This document shows, piece by piece, positions 29,539-37,987 of a stretch of 64,000 nt of DNA (its first letter is position 1; each line of letters opens with the position of its first letter). The notes beneath the pieces were generated by a model, which saw only the letters and a program-made list of their open reading frames with translations, did not search any database and was not told where the DNA came from. Origin of the DNA: an uncultured archaeon (GTDB lineage Archaea; Aenigmatarchaeota; Aenigmatarchaeia; QMZP01; JACQNV01); assembly GCA_964410585.1 (NCBI GenBank), contig CAYPFW010000004.1, positions 21,120-85,119 of the forward strand. Direction: 5' to 3'. The position numbers were made by a program, and so were the translations under genes.

Positions 29539-29823
29539 ATGAGTTTCGAAGACGAAGTTAGAAAGGCGAGTTTTAAGGGAATAATAACAGGTGCAATAAT
29601 ATCAGCTTTCGGTTTTTTGGTTGCCTTGCAATGGAACACTGCTCTGATCGAAACCATTAACACTCTTTTTCCACAAAATGATAGTCTCTTTTACAAATAT
29701 CTTCTAGCTATAGCTATAACAATAATAGCATCAATTGGTGCATATATTTTAGTAAGATTACAGAAGAGAACCCTAATCAACATAAAAACTCTCTCTAAAC
29801 ATTTAAAAGACTCAAAAATCTAA
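29539..29823 (+). CDS. small two-TM membrane protein (DUF5654-like)
   Basis: AFGFLVALQWNTAL motif. Confidence 0.75.
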   Translation: MSFEDEVRKASFKGIITGAIISAFGFLVALQWNTALIETINTLFPQNDSLFYKYLLAIAITIIASIGAYILVRLQKRTLINIKTLSKHLKDSKI

Positions 29824-29918
29824 TTCTAATGATCAGTGGAAGGCGTAAAAAATTGCAAGCAACAGCGCAGCAGTTTTTAGCCTCCTGTTTTGATTGACCT
29901 TTTAGGATAAAAGGTCAT

Positions 29919-30188
29919 GCTCCTGTCGTCTAGTCCGGTCCAAGATTTGTGAAAATCGACGATGGATATTGGGTTTTCAAGCTCTCTTGAAAAATGCTAG
30001 GCAGAAATGCCAATGAGCGAAATTCCCCAACGACCCGGGTGCTATCCTTTCTTTAGAAAAGAAAGGATACCGTACCCAAAGAAACTACTATACATACAAA
30101 ATATGTATACCGTTTCTCTTTTGGCACGGTAGGTTTTCTCTTTTTGAAAGAGAAAAGCTAGCCGGGAATTCAAATCCCGGCGGGAGCA
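29919..30188 (+). tRNA. tRNA-Glu(TTC) with three introns (D-arm ~29943-29963; 37/38 29980-30024; 53/54 30040-30168)
   Basis: GCTCCTG/CGGGAGC-A, TTGGG TT TTC A..C CCCAA, CCGGG|TTCAAAT CCCGG; bulge-helix motifs at the junctions. Confidence 0.88.
30041..30162. repeat. inverted pair of family A repeats forming the tRNA-Glu 53/54 intron
   Basis: 5' half gctatcctttctttagaaaagaaaggataccgtacccaaagaaactactatacata; 3' half read on minus strand gctagcttttctctttcaaaaagagaaaacctaccgtgccaaaagagaaacggtatacata. Confidence 0.88.
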
Positions 30189-30241
30189 TTTTTTTTCTTT
30201 TAATCAATATAAATAGCACATATCCATTATTTCTAATACTT

Positions 30242-30338
30242 GCGGAGATACCCAAGTGGCCAAACTTTGGGGCTTGAGGGGCTGGCCTTAGGAGCCAGTG
30301 GCTTAGTGCCTTCGTAGGTTCAAATCCTACTCTCCGCA
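30242..30338 (+). tRNA. tRNA-Leu(TAG) with short (~13-14 nt) D-arm intron
   Basis: GCGGAGA/TCTCCGC-A, CTGGC CT TAG GA GCCAG, long variable arm. Confidence 0.9.
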
Positions 30339-30367
30339 TCCACAAGTTTTTAGAAAAAAGGTCAAAT

Positions 30368-31420
30368 ATGAAAGCATACATCTCAACCTGTATCTTAGGC
30401 GTCTTAGCCTTTGATGAAAAAGGAAGTTTGATTAGCTATAAGCTTTTTGAAAAAAATCCAGAACAAATAGCAAAAAAACTGGCTTCAGAATCTGCAGAAG
30501 AAAAGGAAGTTGCTGAAAACCTAAAAAACCTTGGATACACAGATCTTGTTTCAGACAGGAAAATAGAAATAAGCGGAGTGAATTTTGTTGTTCAAAAAGA
30601 TAATTTAGCTTCTAAATTAACAAGGGAAAAGTTAAGGGATTTCTCAAAAGACCTGGATTTTGCAGACAATATGGAACTCAACAAGCTTTTGAGTCAAGTG
30701 AACACAAACCTAACAAAAGAGAAGATAAAAAAGCAAAAGAAAGACAAGATTTTAGTTCAGGCAGTTGGCGTAGTTGGTGAAATCGACAAAACTTTGAATG
30801 TTTTTTCTGAAAGGCTTATAGAATGGTATGGTCTTCATTTCCCTGAATTACAAAGAACACTAAACTCAAATGAAAAATATTCTGAATTTGTTTCTTCTTT
30901 TGGCGAAAAAGAAAATGCAGCAGATGAGAGGTTGAAAAAATTAGCTGAGAAATCTTCTGGAATGGATTTTTCCAAAAAAGATATAGAGAATATAAAAATA
31001 TTTTCAGATGAAATAAATAGGCTTTTCAAAACAAGAGAACAGGTATCAAAATATGTCGAAAACCTATGCTCTGAAATCCTTCCGAACACAGCTGCTGTTG
31101 CAGGGCCTTTGCTTGCTGCTAGACTGATCCAACTATCAGGAGGATTGGAAAAATTGTCTCGTATGCCCTCTTCTACAATACAATTGATAGGCGCAGAAAA
31201 AGCTTTATTTAGACACTTGAAAGGACAGGGCAAATCACCAAAGTTCGGCGTGATTTACTTCCATCCTCTAATTCAACAAGCACCAAACGAAAAAAGAGGA
31301 AAGATCGCAAGATTGATCGCAGCTAAGCTAAGCTTGGCCTCTCGTTTAGATGCATATTCTGAGAAAAACGAAGGCGAAAGAATGAAAAAAGAACTAGAAG
31401 AAGAAGTCAGGAGAGTTTAG
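30368..31420 (+). CDS. nop5: C/D box sRNP protein Nop5 (Nop56/58)
   Basis: EWYGLHFPEL, MPSSTIQLIGAEKALFRHL, SPKFGVIY, RGKIAR. Confidence 0.95.
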   Translation: MKAYISTCILGVLAFDEKGSLISYKLFEKNPEQIAKKLASESAEEKEVAENLKNLGYTDLVSDRKIEISGVNFVVQKDNLASKLTREKLRDFSKDLDFADNMELNKLLSQVNTNLTKEKIKKQKKDKILVQAVGVVGEIDKTLNVFSERLIEWYGLHFPELQRTLNSNEKYSEFVSSFGEKENAADERLKKLAEKSSGMDFSKKDIENIKIFSDEINRLFKTREQVSKYVENLCSEILPNTAAVAGPLLAARLIQLSGGLEKLSRMPSSTIQLIGAEKALFRHLKGQGKSPKFGVIYFHPLIQQAPNEKRGKIARLIAAKLSLASRLDAYSEKNEGERMKKELEEEVRRV

Positions 31421-31980
31421 GATTTGAACAGTTTTTTCTTAAAATCATCTAATTTGTTTTCGAACTTCATCCTAAAAATCTCGTTTGCAAGCTCTTTTCC
31501 CCTAAACTTTGGTGAATCTACAATTTCCAAAAATTTTTCAAATGTTACAAGTTTTGTCTTGATCTTTTCACCTGAATCAAGCTTTGGTTCCCCTACTTTT
31601 TTACAATTCCTTGCAACGAAAAGATGTATTGTCCAATCGAGTTTGTAGAAACCTGTATATTGAGAAATCAGTTCCCAATCATTTGATTCAAATCCAGATT
31701 CCTCTAAAAGCTCTCTTTTAGCTGCTTTTAGAACAGGTTCGTTTTTTTCAAGCCTCCCACCAAAAACACTATAAAAAGTCCCTGAACCCGGTTGCTCCTG
31801 TTCACAAACTAATATTTTTTCCCCAACTACTGGAATAATTGATGCATTGTCTTGTCTCTTCAAACACTCAAAGGTCTCATAAGAACCGTCAAACATTTTT
31901 TGTTTCCATTGGTAGACATCGAAAACTATTCCTTTGAAAACTAGCTTTGCTTCTTTGGGTATTTTCATATGTTTATACAT
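31417..31980 (-). CDS. NUDIX hydrolase (ADP-ribose pyrophosphatase-like)
   Basis: GGRLEKNE..AAKRELLEESG, LDSGEKI. Confidence 0.88.
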   Translation of the reverse strand: MYKHMKIPKEAKLVFKGIVFDVYQWKQKMFDGSYETFECLKRQDNASIIPVVGEKILVCEQEQPGSGTFYSVFGGRLEKNEPVLKAAKRELLEESGFESNDWELISQYTGFYKLDWTIHLFVARNCKKVGEPKLDSGEKIKTKLVTFEKFLEIVDSPKFRGKELANEIFRMKFENKLDDFKKKLFKS

Positions 31981-32007
31981 TTATAGCGTTGTTGGTTATA
32001 TTGTTAT

Positions 32008-32670
32008 ATGGTTTTTATGGATCAAATATTCGATTGTGTTTTCAGAGAAGGAAAGAGACTTTTCACAAAAAATCTTGTTCCTGGAAAAAGAGTTTACGGT
32101 GAAGAATTGGTAAAAAAAGGAAAGGAAGAATTCCGCTCATGGGATCACACAAGGAGCAAGGCAGCTGCAGCAATTGCAAAAGGACTTCAAAACTTTCCAG
32201 TAAAAGAAGGACAGAAGGTCTTATACCTCGGCGCTTCTTCTGGAACGACAGTTTCCCACATCTCTGATATAGTTGGAAAAGAAGGCGCAGTTTATGCAGT
32301 TGAAATTTCAGAAAGGTCGATGAGGGATTTGAATTTGGTCACAGAGCATAGAGGAAACATCATACCAATACTTGCAAATGCGAAAACACCAGAAGAATAT
32401 TCTTGGGTAGAACCTTGTGATATCGTGTATCAGGATGTTGCCACAGAAGATCAAACAGAAATTCTTATCCGCAACTGCGAAAAGTTTTTGAAAAAAGGCG
32501 GCTTCGCACTTTATGCCATAAAATCAAGATCAATAGACGTGACAAAAGAACCAAAGGAAATTTACAAGCAGGAAATAGAAAAACTAAAACAATTTTTTGA
32601 GGTTGTTGAAAAGAAGGAACTTGATCCATTTGAAAAAGACCATATGTTTTTGGTGTTGAAGTGGAAATGA
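32008..32670 (+). CDS. flpA: fibrillarin-like rRNA/tRNA 2'-O-methyltransferase
   Basis: VYGE, LYLGASSGTTVSHISD, YQDVA, KSRSID, PFEKDH. Confidence 0.96.
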   Translation: MVFMDQIFDCVFREGKRLFTKNLVPGKRVYGEELVKKGKEEFRSWDHTRSKAAAAIAKGLQNFPVKEGQKVLYLGASSGTTVSHISDIVGKEGAVYAVEISERSMRDLNLVTEHRGNIIPILANAKTPEEYSWVEPCDIVYQDVATEDQTEILIRNCEKFLKKGGFALYAIKSRSIDVTKEPKEIYKQEIEKLKQFFEVVEKKELDPFEKDHMFLVLKWK

Positions 32671-32674
32671 ATTT

Positions 32675-33139
32675 ATGAAAATTGAAGCACTAAAACAAGA
32701 AGACATAGACGAAATTGTTAAGCTCAAAGCTTCTCTGTTCAACTACCATTTAAAAATAGACAAGTTCTACAAACCAAGAAAAGGCTTCAGGGAAATGTAT
32801 AAAAATCACATGGAAACAGCCCTTCATTCTGAAACTCATAAGATTTTTGTTGCAAAAGAAAACCAAAAAATACTGGGTTTTATAGAAGGTAGCATAACTC
32901 AGATATCAAATTTCTTTGAGAAAAATGTCTTAGGTTGTGTTTCTGAAATCTTTGTGAAAGAAGAACACAGGCAAAAAGGTGTTGCAAAAAAACTTCTAGA
33001 AAACTTGCTAAAATGGTTCAAATCAAAGAGAATAAAAACAATTGAGGTTGTTGTTGATTCTAGAAACAAAAAAGCTATAAAAGCTTGGGAATCTCTTGGA
33101 TTTGTGGAATATCAGAAAAAGCTGAAGCTTGTTGTTTGA
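32675..33139 (+). CDS. GNAT family N-acetyltransferase
   Basis: IFVKEEHRQKGVAKKL, NKKAIKAWESLGF. Confidence 0.88.
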   Translation: MKIEALKQEDIDEIVKLKASLFNYHLKIDKFYKPRKGFREMYKNHMETALHSETHKIFVAKENQKILGFIEGSITQISNFFEKNVLGCVSEIFVKEEHRQKGVAKKLLENLLKWFKSKRIKTIEVVVDSRNKKAIKAWESLGFVEYQKKLKLVV

Positions 33140-33362
33140 CAGAACCTTTGAACTCCAAAACCCTGAATTGATTCTCTTGCAATCTCAATGAAATAAATTC
33201 ATAAGCCCTTAACATCATTGAATTATGAAGCTTCACTTCAACTGTATAGGTGTTGTCTGGGTTGGCCATCAGTATTGTTCCCCTAGAACCTTTCAAAATA
33301 GGCCTACCTGAAGGTGATTTAACTTCTTCCAAAATTTCAACTTTATCGTATATTTTTACCAT
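33075..33362 (-). CDS. small hypothetical protein (SH3-like beta barrel, DUF4926-like)
   Basis: YDKVEIL..KGSRGTI..YTVEV; 3' end overlaps GNAT convergently. Confidence 0.55.
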   Translation of the reverse strand: MVKIYDKVEILEEVKSPSGRPILKGSRGTILMANPDNTYTVEVKLHNSMMLRAYEFISLRLQENQFRVLEFKGSVKQQASAFSDIPQIQEIPKLL

Positions 33363-33379
33363 AATATATTATGTCCTAA

Positions 33380-34417
33380 CTAATTTTTATTGATTTCGTT
33401 ACTCAATCTTTTCCTAAACTTTTCTATATCTGTCACAAACCCACCAGCGGCTTTTTCATGACCCCCACCTCTACCGATTCCCTCAACACATCTTGGGATT
33501 ATCTCAGACAAATTAACCTTCAATTTAGGCGACCTTATAGACAGCTTCCATCCCTCTTCGTCGTTTTTCGCAATCACAATTACATAATTGGAGTGTCTTT
33601 CTGTGATATAATTTGAAATTATAGAAGTTATTCCATAGTTGCTTTTCACTTGGTAGAAAACAATTTTGCCGTCTATTTCTTTTTTCTTCTCAAAATCTTC
33701 CAAAACACTTGCTATTTCTACATCTATTTGTTTCCTCCATTCATTCAACCGATTGTCTTTTTCAAAGTCCTCGAATTTTCTGGATTTTTTAAAAACACTC
33801 AAAACATGTTTCAATCCATCCATTCCACTAGAAATTATCGCAGAGTAAACTGTTTTTGATGCATCACCAAGCCTTGTTTTGAATATATCTTCGCCTTTCA
33901 TCAATTGAGGATAGGACTCTTTACATTTCTCAATGAACCCAGGATTTGTTTTATGTCCAAAATCAGATATTGTCCCTATTGCAGCAATCCATCTATCTTT
34001 TTCATTTTCAAATTCCAGACCTTTGAGGACATCGAAAACCATCAAGCTCGCAGGCACATATGAATCTTCTTTTTCAAAACGTGGGTTAATGTGAATAAAT
34101 CCATGCTTGTTCATATCCCTTGTAATTTTGTGGTGATCTATTATGCAAAACTTTGTGTTTTTCAACATATTTTGCAGATCAATCAGACCCTTCCACTCCT
34201 GATCAATAGATAGGTCAACAAAAACAACAGTTTCTGGTTTTTTCCTTTGCAAATAGTCTAAGAACTCAGGATATAAATGTGGATCTTTCAACGCATATGT
34301 GTCAGCATCTATATGTTTCAACATTTGAGCAGCAGAACAAGTGCCGTCAACATCCATGTGGTGGACAATAATTATTTTTTTAGATTTTAGCAAATCCTTT
34401 AAAATCAAGTAATCCAT
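33380..34417 (-). CDS. DHH/DHHA1 family phosphoesterase
   Basis: HHMDVDG, VDL, IDHH, GTISD, GGGHEKAAG. Confidence 0.9.
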   Translation of the reverse strand: MDYLILKDLLKSKKIIIVHHMDVDGTCSAAQMLKHIDADTYALKDPHLYPEFLDYLQRKKPETVVFVDLSIDQEWKGLIDLQNMLKNTKFCIIDHHKITRDMNKHGFIHINPRFEKEDSYVPASLMVFDVLKGLEFENEKDRWIAAIGTISDFGHKTNPGFIEKCKESYPQLMKGEDIFKTRLGDASKTVYSAIISSGMDGLKHVLSVFKKSRKFEDFEKDNRLNEWRKQIDVEIASVLEDFEKKKEIDGKIVFYQVKSNYGITSIISNYITERHSNYVIVIAKNDEEGWKLSIRSPKLKVNLSEIIPRCVEGIGRGGGHEKAAGGFVTDIEKFRKRLSNEINKN

Positions 34418-34420
34418 AAA

Positions 34421-37318
34421 TTAGGCTCCTTCAAAATTAATTTTCACTTTTCTTCCGTCGAGGTCTAGTTCACCCTTTTCTTTTTTGAGCAAACCTATTT
34501 CAACAGAAACAGCGCCAACACCTTCTAAAAGGTCCTTTTCATATTTTTTAATTATCAAATCATCTGCCTTTGAAGGCTCCAAATACAAAGCAATTTTATC
34601 GCTTACATTTAGTTTTTCCTCTTTCCTTAAAATTTGGACTTTTCTTATCAATTCTCTTATAAATGCTTCGTCCTCTAGCGGTTCCCCAAGGTCAATTTTC
34701 CCAAGATCAAACTCTTTTTCCTTTGCTTTTCCAAACCTCACCTCTTTGACATTACCCATAACTTTTATCACATCTTCTACATCTTTTATTTTTCCTTTCA
34801 CTTCATCTGCAACATCCAAAACAACATACGAAACAGGCCACCTTAACTTTATTTTCTTATCAGACCTTAAACTATGAATTGTTTCAATTATTGCGTCTGT
34901 GTATTTCATTCCTTCTTCCAAAATAGGTCTGACCATTTTTCCGTTTTCAGTTGGCAAATTTTCTAGATGAACAGATTCTGTTTTCATATACAAATCAGTG
35001 TAGATTAGGTCTGTTATGTGCGGACATATTGGCGCAAGAAGTTTTAGTGTATTTTCCAAAACAAATGACACTGTAAGCTGAGCAGCCTCTTTGTCTTCGC
35101 CTTCGTAGAAATGTGATATCCTATCTCTTATTATTTTTATATAAGATCTTGAAAAATCATTTAAAATAAAATCCTTCAGGGACAAAACATATTCATGAAG
35201 GTTATAGGCCTCAACTGATTTTTGCTTTTTGACCAAAGAAAAAAGTTTTGACAAGATCCACTCATCTTCTTTTTTTAGTTTTATTTTCTTGTCAAACAAG
35301 CCCTGAAGCTCGAATACACGATCGCTTTTTTGGGGCCCATACATTTTCACGAACTCGTAGACATTCCAAAAAACATTGAGTACACGTCCATATTCCTTTA
35401 ATTCTTCCCAATTCCAATAAAAATCATTCCAAGGTTCTGAGCTTAGAAGGTAAAACCGCATGACGTCTCTTCCGTGTTTTTGTATTATTTCTTCTGGTGG
35501 AACAACATTGCCCTTTGACTTTGACATCTTAATACCTTTTGCATCCAAAACCATTCCATGTGTTATGACATTTTTGAAAGGGACCTTGTCGAAAGTTATG
35601 ACAGAAGTTATTATTTGCGAATTCCACCAACCCCTAAACTGGTCACTGCCTTCTATCTGAAGCTCAGAAGGCCAGAATTTTTTGAATGGGTTTTCAAACC
35701 TTGGATAATTTAAAGACGCCCATGTACCAACTCCAGAATCAAACCAAACATCCAAAACATCTGGAATCCTACTCATTTTATTTTTGCATTTTTTACAATC
35801 AATTTTTGCATCATCTATTTGAGGCCTGTGGAAATCTATTTCACTTTTTAGTCCTGCTTTCTCACTCAACTCTTTGTATGAGCCTATTACATCTATGTTA
35901 CCGCAAACACATTCCCAAATAGGAAGAGGGATGCCCCAATATCTCTGCCTTGATACAGGCCAATCACCAAGGTTTTCTAGCCAATTATCAAACCTATCCC
36001 TTGCCCATGTTGGGTACCAATTGACTTTTTTATTTTCATCCAAAAGTTTTTGCCTTATGTCAGTCACTTTGAAAAACCATTGAGGCACAGCCATTTGCAA
36101 CAAAGGCGTCTCACATCTCCAACATGTTGGATAGTCGTGCTCTATTTTTTCTTTTTTTATTAGGGAACCCAGCTCCTCTAATTTTTTAACTATTTCTTGA
36201 TTTGCATCCCTTGCTTTTTTTCCAGCTAACCATTTTCCTGCTGCAGCAGAATATCTACCATCCATGTTCACAAAAGATAAAATAGGTGAGTTGAATTCTT
36301 TCCCAACTAAATAGTCTTCTTTACCATGCCCAGGAGCACAATGAACAAGCCCTGTACCATCTTCTAAATTAACATACCTTGGAGATGTCAAAACTTTGTG
36401 TCCGTTTTTCAAGTCATTTAGTTGGTCAACAAAATCTTTGAGTGGATGTGTGTATTCCAAACCTTTTAGGTCTTCGCCTTTAACTGTTTTTGAAATTTTG
36501 TATTTTTCTATTTTAAATTTCTCCATCAAAGGTTTCACTAATTCCTTTGCTAAAACAAATTCTTCCTCACCAACTTTTACAAAAGAATATTCGAAAGATG
36601 GGTGAACCATAACGCCTGTGTTAGCTGGTAAAGTCCATGGTGTTGTTGTCCAGATCACCAAGAATTTTCCTTTTTCATTTTTCAGTTGGAATTTAACAAA
36701 AACAGATTCATCCTGCAATTTTTTGTGTTCTATTTCATTGTACGCAACAACTGTTTCGCATCGAGAACAAACATGAACGGGATATTTGTCTTTGTACAAA
36801 AGGCCCTTATCAAAAGCTTTTTTGAATGTATACCAAGCACCTTCTATGTAGAGATTGTTTAAGGTTAGGTAAGGGTTTGACCAATCCATCCACACACCCA
36901 AACCATCAAACTGGCTATTCATTACACTTATGTGTTTTGTTGCGAATTCTTTACACTTGTCAATGAATTTTCCTACGCCAAAGGTTTCTATGTCTTTTTT
37001 TGAGTTGAAACCAAGCTCTTTTTCAACCTTCACTTCTATTGGTGTTCCATGTGTATCATATCCTGGCTGATCCCACACATCAAAACCTTTCATCCTAAAG
37101 AACCTTATGTATGCATCTTTTAGAATTTTGTTCCAAGCAGTGCCCATGTGGATTGCACCGCTTGCATATGGCGGTCCATCCATGAAAAAGAATTTGTTAG
37201 CAGAGCTCTTGCTTTTTTCCTGGACCTTGGATTTTATAGATTCATGATCCCAGTAAAGCCTTATCTGCTCTTCAACTGATTGCGGACTGTATTGCGACAT
37301 ATTCCAATAATTATGCAC
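34421..37318 (-). CDS. ileS: isoleucine--tRNA ligase (start may be 37300)
   Basis: DGPPYASG-HMGT, WTTTPWTLP, GTGLVH, SRQRYWG, KMSKS. Confidence 0.96.
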   Translation of the reverse strand: MHNYWNMSQYSPQSVEEQIRLYWDHESIKSKVQEKSKSSANKFFFMDGPPYASGAIHMGTAWNKILKDAYIRFFRMKGFDVWDQPGYDTHGTPIEVKVEKELGFNSKKDIETFGVGKFIDKCKEFATKHISVMNSQFDGLGVWMDWSNPYLTLNNLYIEGAWYTFKKAFDKGLLYKDKYPVHVCSRCETVVAYNEIEHKKLQDESVFVKFQLKNEKGKFLVIWTTTPWTLPANTGVMVHPSFEYSFVKVGEEEFVLAKELVKPLMEKFKIEKYKISKTVKGEDLKGLEYTHPLKDFVDQLNDLKNGHKVLTSPRYVNLEDGTGLVHCAPGHGKEDYLVGKEFNSPILSFVNMDGRYSAAAGKWLAGKKARDANQEIVKKLEELGSLIKKEKIEHDYPTCWRCETPLLQMAVPQWFFKVTDIRQKLLDENKKVNWYPTWARDRFDNWLENLGDWPVSRQRYWGIPLPIWECVCGNIDVIGSYKELSEKAGLKSEIDFHRPQIDDAKIDCKKCKNKMSRIPDVLDVWFDSGVGTWASLNYPRFENPFKKFWPSELQIEGSDQFRGWWNSQIITSVITFDKVPFKNVITHGMVLDAKGIKMSKSKGNVVPPEEIIQKHGRDVMRFYLLSSEPWNDFYWNWEELKEYGRVLNVFWNVYEFVKMYGPQKSDRVFELQGLFDKKIKLKKEDEWILSKLFSLVKKQKSVEAYNLHEYVLSLKDFILNDFSRSYIKIIRDRISHFYEGEDKEAAQLTVSFVLENTLKLLAPICPHITDLIYTDLYMKTESVHLENLPTENGKMVRPILEEGMKYTDAIIETIHSLRSDKKIKLRWPVSYVVLDVADEVKGKIKDVEDVIKVMGNVKEVRFGKAKEKEFDLGKIDLGEPLEDEAFIRELIRKVQILRKEEKLNVSDKIALYLEPSKADDLIIKKYEKDLLEGVGAVSVEIGLLKKEKGELDLDGRKVKINFEGA

Positions 37319-37437
37319 TGAATTTAAAAACTGTCTAATAAGCTATTTATAACCCAACCAAATAAATATACTGATATGTTTAATCAGATGCAGGAGCTGG
37401 CTCATAAACCAGTTTCCGATTGTTCTTTGGAGGCACC

Positions 37438-37821
37438 ATGGTTGAAATTCCCGTAAGTGTTAAAAAGCTAAAAGAAGGTACATACGTCACAATTGACGGA
37501 GAGCCATGCAAAGTTGTTAGCATGGTCAAATCAAAAGCAGGCAAGCATGGTTCTGCAAAAGTAAGGTTTGATGCAGTGGGAATTTTTGATGATAAAAAAA
37601 GATGTATTATAAAACCCGGTTCTTCTGACATGATGTCACCAGTTATTGAGAAAAAAGCTGGCCAAGTTCTTTCTGTTTCTGGAGAAATTGCACAAATAAT
37701 GGACATGGTTGATTATTCTACTTTTGAAGCAAAGATCCCAGAAGAATTAAAAGGCAAAATCCAACCTGGTGCTGAAATCACATACTGGAAGTTTGAGAGC
37801 AAGATTTTGCTGAAAGGATGA
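37438..37821 (+). CDS. eif5a: translation factor aIF5A
   Basis: KAGKHGSAK hypusine site; ggagg SD before ATG 37438. Confidence 0.96.
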   Translation: MVEIPVSVKKLKEGTYVTIDGEPCKVVSMVKSKAGKHGSAKVRFDAVGIFDDKKRCIIKPGSSDMMSPVIEKKAGQVLSVSGEIAQIMDMVDYSTFEAKIPEELKGKIQPGAEITYWKFESKILLKG

Positions 37822-37897
37822 TCCTTTTCTCAACTTTTTAGGAAAGGGTTGATCAAAAGTTTACAACAAGAAAAGTCTAAGCTTTATCCAAAAGAAA

Positions 37898-37975
37898 ATC
37901 TGCATCTATTAGGAAATGGATGCAGAGATGTCTCGTGCCACAATATAACCAAAGAGGCACGACTAATATACAAAA
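37898..37975. repeat. family B repeat joined to a family A tail
   Basis: atctgcatct..atgcagagatgtctcgtg..cacga followed by ctaatatacaaa. Confidence 0.65.
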
Positions 37976-37987
37976 AGATAATGAAAG

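Noticed and set aside
30088-30381. 97-aa minus-strand ORF
   Set aside because: Antisense to tRNA-Glu and tRNA-Leu
35310-35335. acacgatcgc match between ileS and the sufS insertion
   Set aside because: Only ~10 nt and no accompanying hairpins; could be chance
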